The notes under the pieces were generated by a model. It was not told the origin of the DNA, searched no databases, and was given only the letters and a program-made list of their open reading frames with translations. DNA of 48,491 bases, from contig URPT01000001.1 of NCBI GenBank assembly GCA_900549845.1, positions 1-48,491 of the forward strand. The letters run 5' to 3'. Source of the DNA: an uncultured Veillonella sp. (GTDB taxonomy: Bacteria; Bacillota; Negativicutes; Veillonellales; Veillonellaceae). A program made the translations under genes and the position numbers. Positions 1 to 9,464 of this stretch are shown piece after piece (position 1 is the first letter of the stretch; every line of letters begins with the position of its first letter).

Positions 1-103
1 AAATTTATTAATCATAGGCACAGTCTTGTTTGCATAGTATACTTATGCTAATAAGGTTGTGCTTATTTTGTTGTAATGTGAGAGAAGAAAAAGAGAGGGT
101 TTT

Positions 104-1360
104 ATGTTACGTAAAAGTATAATCATGATGGGATTAGCAGCTGCTTTCACCATGAATGTAAGTGCTGTACAGATCGAAGTGCCAGCCGGACAGCCGCCTA
201 TGCCTGGGGCGGATGCGAGCATTCCTGCTAATGCGTATGAGAATTATCGTCATATTAATGAAGTAGCGGAGCAGAATGCAGAGGACTATAGTGAATTTAT
301 AAAATCACAACCTGTAAATCCTACATCTGGGATGGATAAGTTGTATCGAGAACGCCCTGGTTTGGCTAAGGCGTTGGAGTTAGCAAATTATTCTCAGTCT
401 ACCGTTGTATTGATTCATGAAGGGGATAAGAATATTCGATTATCCGTACCAAACATTAGCTTTCGTGGAGATACTGTAGAGTCTAAGTCTGGAAAAGGGC
501 CGTTATATGCTGTACGAAGCCTTAGTTCATTTTTAGTAGTAGGGCCTCCACATGGTAAAGCGCTCAATAAATATGCTGAAAAAGAAGGGAAATATACATA
601 TCCAGGTTTGCACGATGCATCTTGGAAGCTAATGTCAAACAATGCCCATGTAATGTATACGGAGTTTACACCGAATGACTCAAAGACTACCTATGGGATT
701 AGTTATGGCGGTTGGGTTAATACGGAGGATCCGTATCAGGATAAATCACCGGAAGTTGTGATGAGTAATTATATTATTCCATCTATAGAATCCTTGTCTG
801 GATTAGATAATTATAGTCGTGTTGAGCATTGGGGAAATTTCAGTTATCGTGTTCCTAAGACTGCAAAGTTAGTGAGTGAGGCTGTAGAGAATATTCAATA
901 TGATGTGAGAACCTATGAGGATACAGGGGCCAAGATACGTGTAGTGCGTACCTCCATATTGGGTGAAAAACGAGATGGAACGGTCATCAAGAGTTCCATA
1001 TTATCCTTTTTGAGAAAGTATAACGATTTAGAAACACCTACACAATATGCAGTCGTATGGAATAATGGTATCGCAGGCTCTTTGATCGATTCTTACAAGC
1101 CTAATGGAGAGTCTTATCTCCGTCATGTTGTGAAAGATTCTGTGTACTTTTACAGTTATCGTATTAATTATGATGAAAGTAAGACCTCTTATACACATAA
1201 ACAATGGAGAGATATGATTGAATATGTAGGCTTTGATGATGCAGTCAAACTTAGAAAAGGTCCACAATGGAGAGAAGACGGGAGCTATAAAGAGAAACTA
1301 GAAAGCAGCCCTATATTTATTCCTTGGTATATGGAGTGGGTTAAGCTATTGAATCAATAG
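104..1360 (+). CDS. Secreted hypothetical protein, paralog family A (copy 1)
   Basis: 418-aa ORF with N-terminal signal peptide. Shares blocks (PGAD..IP..AY, QSTV..IH....IRLS.P, NY.IPS.E.....YS.VE.WGN..YRV.K, VWNNG) with 2748..3992 and 4127..5476. Confidence 0.8.
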   Translation: MLRKSIIMMGLAAAFTMNVSAVQIEVPAGQPPMPGADASIPANAYENYRHINEVAEQNAEDYSEFIKSQPVNPTSGMDKLYRERPGLAKALELANYSQSTVVLIHEGDKNIRLSVPNISFRGDTVESKSGKGPLYAVRSLSSFLVVGPPHGKALNKYAEKEGKYTYPGLHDASWKLMSNNAHVMYTEFTPNDSKTTYGISYGGWVNTEDPYQDKSPEVVMSNYIIPSIESLSGLDNYSRVEHWGNFSYRVPKTAKLVSEAVENIQYDVRTYEDTGAKIRVVRTSILGEKRDGTVIKSSILSFLRKYNDLETPTQYAVVWNNGIAGSLIDSYKPNGESYLRHVVKDSVYFYSYRINYDESKTSYTHKQWRDMIEYVGFDDAVKLRKGPQWREDGSYKEKLESSPIFIPWYMEWVKLLNQ

Positions 1361-1417
1361 TGTGTAATATAGTGAATGTAGTTTGAGCTAATTATAAGAA
1401 ATTTTAGGAGAGAGACT

Positions 1418-1993
1418 ATGAAAACAAAATATATGGTTATGGGGCTTGTTATAGGCCTACAATTGGTAAGTGGTTATAGTTATGAAGCTGATGCGAGTTG
1501 GCTGAGTAAAACTTGGGACCGTCTAGAAACGAATGCCGCGAAACAATCTTATGATTGGCCCAAAGCTGAGCAATATACGCATTATGCGGGTGGACAAATT
1601 GTAGGAGCTACCTTACCAGAGGAGGATATGATGATCCTTGGTGTTTCATTAGGTAATACCTTTGATAGTGTAAAAGCTAGTCTAGGACAGCCTACTAAAG
1701 AAACTAGTAGAGGACTTACCTATGGTGGGGTTACATTTGGAAACTTTAAAATGGATGGTGTGGGTCCTATTGTTACCTATATGATGATCGAGAATCGTGA
1801 TGCCACAACACATAGAGGCATTGCCGTAGGCGACTCCATGCGAAAGGTCCTTAATGTATATGGCAGACCCGATTTAGTAGATACTAACAATCGATGGTTT
1901 TATGGGAAATACCGCTATCGAACTGATATGATGCATGGCATACAATTTGAACAAAAAGGCGATAAAGTCAGCAAGATTTTAATTTATAAATGA
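1418..1993 (+). CDS. Secreted hypothetical protein with two internal G(V/I)xxGxx..V...(L/Y)GxP repeats (BLIP/BamE-like fold, inferred)
   Basis: 191-aa ORF, RBS AGGAG at 1406, signal peptide. Repeats GVSLGNTFDSVKASLGQP and GIAVGDSMRKVLNVYGRP. Confidence 0.7.
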   Translation: MKTKYMVMGLVIGLQLVSGYSYEADASWLSKTWDRLETNAAKQSYDWPKAEQYTHYAGGQIVGATLPEEDMMILGVSLGNTFDSVKASLGQPTKETSRGLTYGGVTFGNFKMDGVGPIVTYMMIENRDATTHRGIAVGDSMRKVLNVYGRPDLVDTNNRWFYGKYRYRTDMMHGIQFEQKGDKVSKILIYK

Positions 1994-2175
1994 TTATATT
2001 CTTACCATATCTATGAAAAAAGCCGAGCTTTTAATTCATAGAATTAGCCCGGATTTTATTAGTTTATTCGTATATTTGTATAATATAATTCTTATTGTAT
2101 CGTATATTAATGCATCATATAATGTGATTAGGAGAATTAGACGATGTTGGGAAATAAGATAAACCGGAGGTCATT

Positions 2176-2712
2176 ATGAAAGCATTTGAATCAAAAGATT
2201 ATAAAGCGTTTTCTATGTTTGAGGATCGTTGGGCTCTTGTTACAGCTGGTACGCCTGAGGCTTTTAATACTTGTACGGTTAGTTGGGGCAGTATGGGCAA
2301 TGTATGGGGACCTAATGGTGGTGACATGTCCACGGTGACGGTGTATATCCATCCGGCTCGTTACACTCAAGAGTTTATGGCTAAATACGATACTTTTACC
2401 GTTAGTTTCTTTCCTGAAAGCTATCGCAAGGCGCTTGGTTATTTGGGTTCTCATTCGGGCCGCGATGAAGATAAGGTGGCTAACTCTGGTTTAACACCGG
2501 TTGCAGCAGGCGATGGGGTAACTTTCAAAGAAGCAGATTTAACATTTGTATGTAAAAAACTGTATGAACATCAATTTGATGAAGCTCACTTAGCGGATAG
2601 CGTAAAGGAATATTATGCAGCAAATCCGTCTATGTATACCCAAGTTGGCAAAGATCGCTGGGAACCACATTATATGTACATCGGCAAAGTAGTTGAGGCC
2701 ATAGAGGGATAG
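2176..2712 (+). CDS. Flavin reductase-like (FMN-binding split barrel) protein, copy 1
   Basis: WALVTAG..FNTCTVSWG, P.RYT.EF, GSHSGRDEDK, H.MYIG motifs. GGAGG RBS. Confidence 0.85.
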   Translation: MKAFESKDYKAFSMFEDRWALVTAGTPEAFNTCTVSWGSMGNVWGPNGGDMSTVTVYIHPARYTQEFMAKYDTFTVSFFPESYRKALGYLGSHSGRDEDKVANSGLTPVAAGDGVTFKEADLTFVCKKLYEHQFDEAHLADSVKEYYAANPSMYTQVGKDRWEPHYMYIGKVVEAIEG

Positions 2713-2747
2713 TCTTATATACAACTTATTTATATTGAGGGAATTGT

Positions 2748-3992
2748 ATGATTAAAAGAGCGATTTTAATAGGCCTTTATTCGTTTGGTCTTATAGTAAC
2801 AGTACATGCTGCCAATATAAATCTTCCTGGTGGAGATGCCATGGTGCCTGATACTGCTTATGAAAGCTATTCGTATAATAGTGTTGATATGGATCTGGTA
2901 GAGTCTCAGTTTAGACGTCGCTCAGGCCCTGTGGTAGCACAGACTGTGAAAAATGGGCGTAGGACGGTAGAGCAAGCTAAGGCATATATGGATGGTAATG
3001 CCAAGTTTTTAAAACGCCAAGCTAATCAGAGTACAGTGTTCATCTTTGACGATGATACACAGCATATTCGCTTTTCTATGCCTTATCCAAGTCTTGAAAG
3101 TAAGGCGATTAATGATAACACTAATTCAGTTGTTAATGTCGTAAATGGTATCCCTCAATATTATATTAAAAGTATGAATGCAGATATCGTAGTCGATGTG
3201 GATGATAAGACTACCTATACGGATCGAGCTTTCACATATAAAACGGTAAAAAATGGTCAATGGCAGCAGAAGTATGGGATTATAACACCACGCATCCCTG
3301 GAAAAGAGGAGAAGACTGAGCCGCGTACGAGTACGGGTGTTGAGTTTTCCCTGCCTAGTGATACGAACCATGTATATCGTGTTAACATCATAAATCGTGG
3401 TAATGGCAATCCAGATCATATTAGGTATGCAGAAGGGGCTTTAGCGAATTATGTGATTCCATCGGTAGAGGATACAAAAGCGATAGATCGCTATTCTAAT
3501 GTTGAGAAATGGGGAAACCTTGAATATCGTGTGCTCAAGAATAGTACGAGAAAAGCCGATTATGAGCCTACCTCCTATGGTGAGGAAACGCGCGTTTATA
3601 AGGTGGGGGATATAGTGCAGCTGATTAAGCGCCGTCCGATTTTTCCAAATGATGAAAAACATTTTTATTCAGGTGCTTTTTCTACGATGGATACGATGAG
3701 TCGAAAATACCCGTATTCAGTTAATGATAATGCGACTATTTGGCGTAATGGTATGCCTGCATTTAGTGGTAGTGTAAAATTTGATAATGGTATTAATTAT
3801 ACATATTTTACAATCCGTGATGATAAATATGTGTACAGCATTGAAGTTGCTTATAAAGCCAATACGGTGAAGACGTCTTATCATGATATTCGTAATATGG
3901 TAGAAATGGCAAAATTGATCAATCGTCCGTATAAGCAAGAGTTTCCTGCGTTGAAGTACATTTGGGAAGCTGATGTTTTTAAATTGCCTTAA
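2748..3992 (+). CDS. Secreted hypothetical protein, paralog family A (copy 2)
   Basis: 414-aa ORF with signal peptide ending VHA. Shares motif blocks with 104..1360. Confidence 0.8.
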   Translation: MIKRAILIGLYSFGLIVTVHAANINLPGGDAMVPDTAYESYSYNSVDMDLVESQFRRRSGPVVAQTVKNGRRTVEQAKAYMDGNAKFLKRQANQSTVFIFDDDTQHIRFSMPYPSLESKAINDNTNSVVNVVNGIPQYYIKSMNADIVVDVDDKTTYTDRAFTYKTVKNGQWQQKYGIITPRIPGKEEKTEPRTSTGVEFSLPSDTNHVYRVNIINRGNGNPDHIRYAEGALANYVIPSVEDTKAIDRYSNVEKWGNLEYRVLKNSTRKADYEPTSYGEETRVYKVGDIVQLIKRRPIFPNDEKHFYSGAFSTMDTMSRKYPYSVNDNATIWRNGMPAFSGSVKFDNGINYTYFTIRDDKYVYSIEVAYKANTVKTSYHDIRNMVEMAKLINRPYKQEFPALKYIWEADVFKLP

Positions 3993-4059
3993 AGCTTAAC
4001 TAATATTTTGTCTATGTGTAGATATACTTATGCATAAAAAGAAATAGAGAAAGAAAAAG

Positions 4060-4088
4060 AGCCAGTATTGCGATTTGCAGTACTGGCT
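4060..4088. terminator. Bidirectional intrinsic terminator between convergent genes
   Basis: AGCCAGTATTGC-GATTT-GCAGTACTGGCT stem with an A-tract before and a T-tract after. Confidence 0.75.
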
Positions 4089-4126
4089 GTTTTGGTTACA
4101 CATCTTATTAGATTTTGAACGATGTT

Positions 4127-5476
4127 TTAATGGGCATGGCTCTCCTCTGTATCTGGGAATAAAACATGCTCTTTTAGTTTAAAGCTAGGATTATTGGTAG
4201 ACTCAAAAAACTCAATCATATTTCGTAATTTTTGAATCTCTTCAACACTTAAAAAACTTGGATAAAAGATGATATAGGTAAAGCCATAGGTCCCATCATA
4301 GGATTGAAAGGTTAGGATGTGATCATCCTTATGAGGTGTATAGATGTGTGTGGATAGCCCAGGAATATTATTATTCCATATAACGGTATAATTAATATAA
4401 TCTGATGTTGGTTGGTAATAGTAAATATCCCAGAACGTATCTAAATTAATGTTAAAATTGTAATGACCGTTTACAACAAGATTGCGCGCATATGGGTTTT
4501 TAGGGATATTATTAGTAGAAACAAAGAATGTTATGTCCCCTTTTTTGTAGGATCTAATATCTTGGTATTCGCTGCCCTTTTCCTCACCTATGTATATAGC
4601 ATCTTTTGGTACGCGGTATTGTACACCGTTTAAGTTTTCTATGCGTGAATATTGATTTAATTCATTTAGGTTTTGCACAGAGGGAAGCACATAATTAGCC
4701 AATAATTTATCTGTAGGAACCTTGTTCAGAACGGGGTTGTTATCATAATAGACAAACCCTGCGTGATATAAAGGGGAACGCATGTTATAGCCCTTAAATT
4801 TAAAATTGATCGTGTCGATGGTAAGAGTTGTTTTTTTACCGTTTTCAACGTGCGGCATCTTCATACTATCCCAAGTGCTGTAGGTAATAGTAGGATATGA
4901 AAATACAGTGCCCTTTATATCAGAAATGTGTTTTGCTGGATTACGTTTTGCCCTGTCCTGAAAGAAATCACGAACATTCTTGTCGGTTAGTTTTTCATAA
5001 GCTATTTTTGTGTTACGCCAGTCATAGTCTTTGTAATCAGCATAGTCAATTTCTAAATTGAGACTCCCATTATTGGTTAATACTCGATAGTCCTCAATGG
5101 TTCGACTTGGATTTTTGTAACGTCCTATATCATAATCACTTTTTATGCCCGCTATAGGGAATGAAAGCCGAATTTGGTTGTAATTGTCGTGAATGGAGAT
5201 AACTGTATTATGGTAATGTTGACTGCGATATATAGAGGCAGCTTTAGCATACTCAATTTCGTTTTTACTAATACCATTAGCCTTGTCTGTTAACTTTAGT
5301 GCTTCCACATAGTTTGCTACATCCTTTTCAATATCAGGGCTCGTGGCTTGATAATTTATGTAGGCATCCTTTGGAATCTTCGAATCTGCACCAGGAATAT
5401 TAACATCGATGGCTCCTATTGGTGATAATATAGTGCTTATCATAAAAGCACCCGCTAATAGTGGTAGTTTTGTCAT
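4127..5476 (-). CDS. Secreted hypothetical protein, paralog family A (copy 3, inverted)
   Basis: 449-aa ORF with signal peptide. IPGADSKIPKDAY, IHDNYNQIRLSFP, NYVLPSV..L..YSRIE..GVQYRVPK, IWNNN blocks match the family. Confidence 0.8.
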   Translation of the reverse strand: MTKLPLLAGAFMISTILSPIGAIDVNIPGADSKIPKDAYINYQATSPDIEKDVANYVEALKLTDKANGISKNEIEYAKAASIYRSQHYHNTVISIHDNYNQIRLSFPIAGIKSDYDIGRYKNPSRTIEDYRVLTNNGSLNLEIDYADYKDYDWRNTKIAYEKLTDKNVRDFFQDRAKRNPAKHISDIKGTVFSYPTITYSTWDSMKMPHVENGKKTTLTIDTINFKFKGYNMRSPLYHAGFVYYDNNPVLNKVPTDKLLANYVLPSVQNLNELNQYSRIENLNGVQYRVPKDAIYIGEEKGSEYQDIRSYKKGDITFFVSTNNIPKNPYARNLVVNGHYNFNINLDTFWDIYYYQPTSDYINYTVIWNNNIPGLSTHIYTPHKDDHILTFQSYDGTYGFTYIIFYPSFLSVEEIQKLRNMIEFFESTNNPSFKLKEHVLFPDTEESHAH

Positions 5477-5650
5477 GGTAGTATCTCCCGTTTATACTCT
5501 CATATCTATTGATACTGTCATAATCCATTGGTTATGTTACTAAGTATAATTATATTACATAATACTTATTGTACTGTATATTAGTGCATTATATAATGGG
5601 GTTAGGATAGTTATACGAGGTTGGGAAAATAAGATAAACCGGAGGTCATT

Positions 5651-6187
5651 ATGAAACCATTTGAATCTAAAGACTATAAAGCATTTACTATGTTTGAAAA
5701 ACGGTGGGCTCTTGTTACAGCTGGTACACCTGAGGATTTTAATACTTGTACTGTTAGTTGGGGCAGCATGGGCAACATGTGGGGCCTAGTTGGTAATGAT
5801 ATTTCCACAGTGACTGTGTATATTCATCCAGCTCGTTATACCCAAGAATTCATGGCGAAATATGATACGTTTACCGTTAGTTTCTTGCCTGAAAGCCAAC
5901 GTAAGGCTCTTGGTTATTTAGGATCTCATTCTGGTCGTGACGAAGATAAGGTGGCTAATTCGGGCTTAACACCAGTTGCAGTAGATGATGGTGTCATGTT
6001 TGAAGAAGCAGAGTTAACTTTTGTATGCAAAAAGCTTTACGAACATCAATTCGATGAAGCACATTTAGCGGATAAAATAAAAGAGTATTATGCATCCAAT
6101 CCTCCTGAATATACAAAAGCTGGCAGTGATCGTTGGGAACCACACTATATGTACATCGGAGAAATAGTTGAGGCTATAGAGAAATAG
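5651..6187 (+). CDS. Flavin reductase-like protein, copy 2
   Basis: Same length (178 aa) and highly similar to 2176..2712. Upstream region is also homologous. Confidence 0.85.
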   Translation: MKPFESKDYKAFTMFEKRWALVTAGTPEDFNTCTVSWGSMGNMWGLVGNDISTVTVYIHPARYTQEFMAKYDTFTVSFLPESQRKALGYLGSHSGRDEDKVANSGLTPVAVDDGVMFEEAELTFVCKKLYEHQFDEAHLADKIKEYYASNPPEYTKAGSDRWEPHYMYIGEIVEAIEK

Positions 6188-6202
6188 ACAATCTATGTAA
6201 TA

Positions 6203-6240
6203 TACAAATAAGGCAGTCCATCAGGACTGCCTTATTTGTA
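6203..6240 (+). terminator. Hairpin / probable terminator
   Basis: Perfect 17-bp arms TACAAATAAGGCAGTCC / GGACTGCCTTATTTGTA with a 4-nt loop. Confidence 0.7.
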
Positions 6241-6627
6241 GTTATATTTTTCAAAAGGAGAAAGTGAGACGGTATTTACTACCTGTATATATCATAACAT
6301 AGGGTATGGGTTAAAAACGCCACATAATATTAATTGCAAATTCTTAGTTGTTTACGTGAGGTTTTATGGTGAAATTTACACTATATTTTTTTGTAATTTA
6401 TCAAAATAAGTCATAAAATTGATGAAAAATCAGTATATATGAGCCGACAGTGAGGAATAGCTTATATAGTGGGTTCTTTCATTGAGAACTACTATAAATT
6501 GTATATTTTGATAAAATTTTATGAATTTTAACCCCACAAAAAGTGCAAAATCTGATATAATAATAGTATCAAAAATAACTACGCGAATGCGTAGTTTTCT
6601 TATTTTGTGTTTGGCGTAGGTAGTCCC

Positions 6628-7071
6628 ATGAGTGTAGTGAAGCCCTTATTATGGCTATTAGAACCGTATATCGTATATAAAGCCTATTTGTGGGCGCTCC
6701 GCTTTATAGCTCATCCATTGACGTGGGAAGGCGAGATAGACTTATTCTCCTTGACCTTAACGGTGCTGCTCATCCTTGATGCGGTGGCATTGCCCTTAGT
6801 GATTTTGTATTGCCCAGGTCTCAATCCTAGAAAGCGTATGCCCGACTGGATTGTTCGATTAGGTACACCTATTTATATCGTCCATAATTGGCTTGATGGC
6901 AAGGTGGGCGGCGGTACGTCTACACCGATTGTATGGCTCCGCAGAGCTTTACATTCACTGTTGCTATTCATCTATTATCTTGTGCCGTTTTATGTGGGCG
7001 GTCATCTCGTGATGGGCCTCGTGGTAGCGCTCATGTATGATGTCCTCGTTTGGGCCCATGGAGGTGTGTAG
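6628..7071 (+). CDS. Hypothetical membrane protein, translationally coupled to tag
   Basis: Hydrophobic ORF. ATG at 6628 after AGGTAG. Stop TAG overlaps the next GTG. Confidence 0.6.
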   Translation: MSVVKPLLWLLEPYIVYKAYLWALRFIAHPLTWEGEIDLFSLTLTVLLILDAVALPLVILYCPGLNPRKRMPDWIVRLGTPIYIVHNWLDGKVGGGTSTPIVWLRRALHSLLLFIYYLVPFYVGGHLVMGLVVALMYDVLVWAHGGV

Positions 7072-7670
7072 TGGCTACTTGTGAATGGCCGACGACGCCT
7101 TTGTATCAGGCGTATCACGATCATGAGTGGGGTCGTCCTATTCATGATGATCGATTGCAGTTTGAACATCTCTGTCTTGAAAGCCTCCAATGTGGTCTCA
7201 GTTGGCTTACGATTTTGAATAAACGAGACATCATTCGAGGCTGTTTTGATCACTTTGATATTGATGCGGTTGCTGCTTATGGTGAAAGCGACATAGAACG
7301 GATTATGGAGACTGAGGGCATGCTCAAGTCTCGCCCTAAAACTGAGGCTATTATCAATAATGCTTCTGCTTTTAAACGTATTCAAGATGAATTTGGTTCG
7401 TTTTGCAACTATATCTGGGCTTTCACAGGTAATAAAACAATTATTTATGAAAGCCATCCCGATGGGCATGTGCCAGCAAAGAATGGTCTGTCTACACGGA
7501 TTAGTAAGGATCTAAAGAAGCGCGGGTTTAAGTTTGTAGGCCCCGTTACTATTTATTCCCATCTACAAGCCAGTGGCCTTATCAACGATCACGGTAAGGA
7601 CTGTCCTTGTTTTGACGAGATTAATAAGACCGCAGATATTGTTCAATTGCCTGTAGACGCTGAGGATTAA
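7071..7670 (+). CDS. tag: DNA-3-methyladenine glycosylase I
   Basis: YHDHEWG, FEHLCLESLQCGLSW.TIL.KR, LKKRGFKFVGP, NDH..C motifs. Likely GTG start at 7071 after GGAGG (7060-7064). Confidence 0.92.
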   Translation: MATCEWPTTPLYQAYHDHEWGRPIHDDRLQFEHLCLESLQCGLSWLTILNKRDIIRGCFDHFDIDAVAAYGESDIERIMETEGMLKSRPKTEAIINNASAFKRIQDEFGSFCNYIWAFTGNKTIIYESHPDGHVPAKNGLSTRISKDLKKRGFKFVGPVTIYSHLQASGLINDHGKDCPCFDEINKTADIVQLPVDAED

Positions 7671-7782
7671 TACAGGTTGTAACGTATTTGTATAATCGTT
7701 AGTTAACAATAGTTTTTATACATGATTGGTTTTACAAAATTGAACTTGTGTTAAACCGCACTTTAAGGTGTACACTATAGTC

Positions 7783-7930
7783 GATGGAAAGATAGCGTTC
7801 CATCATATGTCGGCCCGCTTTATACAAACACATATATTCTCTCTCTCCAAAGCGGGTCTCTCATATACTTCTCTCTCAAAGCTATAAACACAACATGAAG
7901 CCCCTATCCTTCACGGGATAGGGGCTTTTT
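7783..7930 (+). ncRNA. Candidate small RNA with CU-rich single-stranded motifs
   Basis: TACACT -10 at 7771. Hairpins 7783-7804 and 7812-7858. Strong terminator 7898-7930. No ORF-track gene on this strand. Confidence 0.55.
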
Positions 7931-8064
7931 GCTATATGTTTTTATCTAGGGCCATATAACGGCATAGATTAGTTGTATACCACGATAAATTGATTTATTT
8001 CGATATAGTTGATATACTGATGATGAAATAAAGTATTACTTTCACAATTCAGAAAGGGAAATAT

Positions 8065-8781
8065 ATGATTGGTTTGGGCACGGCCATTAACATTGGCCTC
8101 ATCATAGCCGGCAGCTTGTGTGGACTTGCATTTGGTCGGTTTATGAAAGAAAATTTAAAACAGACGCTCATGATGGTGAGCGGCATTATTGTTCTCCTCC
8201 TCGGGATGAGCGGTGCCATGCAGTATATGCTAGTCATCGTGAACGGAACGATACAAACGACGGGGCCTATGCTGATGATCATTAGCATGGTGGCAGGCGC
8301 CGTAATTGGTGAGCTTATCGACCTTAACCGTTGGATTACTGTATTTGGCGACTGGGTGAAAGCCAAAACTGGTAACACTGGTGATCCGCAGTTTACGCAC
8401 GCCTTTATTACGGCATCCCTTACGTTTACAGTGGGAGCCATGGGCGTGCTAGGCTCTATTCAAGACGGCTTAACGGGTAATTACCAAACGCTGTTGTTGA
8501 AAGGTATCCTCGACGGCATCATCGTTATGGTTATGGTTTCCTCTATGGGGAAGGGTGCGTTGTTCTCCTTTATTCCTGTAGGGATTACGCAATGGATCAT
8601 TACCGCTATGGCACACATCGCAGCACCGTTGATGACACCGAGTGCCATCGATAACTTGTCTTATGTGGGATCTATTCTGATCTTCTGCGTCGGTATAGAC
8701 CTCATCTGGCCTGGTAAAATCCGCATTGCGAACCTATTACCAGCCATCTTTGTAGCCATGGGGCTTACATTCTTGCTGTAA
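8065..8781 (+). CDS. DUF554 family membrane protein
   Basis: GLGTAIN start, F.TASL.F.VGAM..LGS..DGL.G....L..K..LDG, IRIANLLPA. Confidence 0.85.
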   Translation: MIGLGTAINIGLIIAGSLCGLAFGRFMKENLKQTLMMVSGIIVLLLGMSGAMQYMLVIVNGTIQTTGPMLMIISMVAGAVIGELIDLNRWITVFGDWVKAKTGNTGDPQFTHAFITASLTFTVGAMGVLGSIQDGLTGNYQTLLLKGILDGIIVMVMVSSMGKGALFSFIPVGITQWIITAMAHIAAPLMTPSAIDNLSYVGSILIFCVGIDLIWPGKIRIANLLPAIFVAMGLTFLL

Positions 8782-9100
8782 TGTTAATCGTATTATAAAT
8801 ACTAAGAAAAATAATATATAGATTTTATAAGAGACCTATATTCTCTAACCTTTCACTGCTGTACTTTGTACATGAAAGCCTGGAGAATATAGGTCTTTTT
8901 ATATTTGTAGCCATTAGTCACATGGATAATTTTTTAAAAGTTAGTATTAATCTTTGCTTATCTTCAAGTTATAACTAGAACTAGATACATTCTGAAATAG
9001 GTGACCAATAGAGTCAGGAGAATAGTAGGATTTGAGTGATATTTTAGAGAAATCCTTTACCGAAATCATTTATAGAATAAAGTTATTCCATAATATACTC

Positions 9101-9148
9101 GTTTTACAGGTATATATTATTGAGCTATACCTGTAAAACAGGTATAAT
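9101..9148 (+). promoter_or_regulatory. higBA promoter with overlapping palindromic operator(s)
   Basis: TTGAGC(9120)-17-TATAAT(9143). Inverted repeats GTTTTACAGGTATA/TATACCTGTAAAAC and TATACCTGT-AAA-ACAGGTATA. Confidence 0.75.
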
Positions 9149-9163
9149 CAAAGGAGAGGTTCT

Positions 9164-9448
9164 ATGATTATCGGATTTAAAGATAAGGAAACAGAAAAGG
9201 TTTACCATCAGAGTTTTTCTAAACGCTTTTCCCCGTTTATACAAAGATTAGCTCTTCGTAAGCTAATATTATTAGATAATGCTGAATCGATACAGGATTT
9301 AAGGTGGCCACCTGGTAACCGATTAGAGTTATTGCAAGGCAATCGCTTTGGCCAGTATAGTTTACGGATTAATAGCCAGTATAGATTATGTTTTAAAGTG
9401 AAAGATATTAATAGTTTTTATGATGTAGAAATTATAGATTATCATTAA
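9164..9448 (+). CDS. higB: HigB-like (RelE/ParE superfamily) toxin
   Basis: F.DKETE, DLR.PPGNRLE.L.G.R.GQYS.RIN.QYR.CF, VEIIDYH C-terminus. Confidence 0.9.
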   Translation: MIIGFKDKETEKVYHQSFSKRFSPFIQRLALRKLILLDNAESIQDLRWPPGNRLELLQGNRFGQYSLRINSQYRLCFKVKDINSFYDVEIIDYH

Positions 9449-9464
9449 TAGAGAGGGAATACAT

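Noticed and set aside
7730..7880. Minus-strand small peptides starting at the GA-rich RBS-like + ATG motifs
   Set aside because: The resulting 14- and 33-aa products have no hydrophobic toxin-like character, and promoter and terminator polarity favour a + strand RNA. Not fully excluded.
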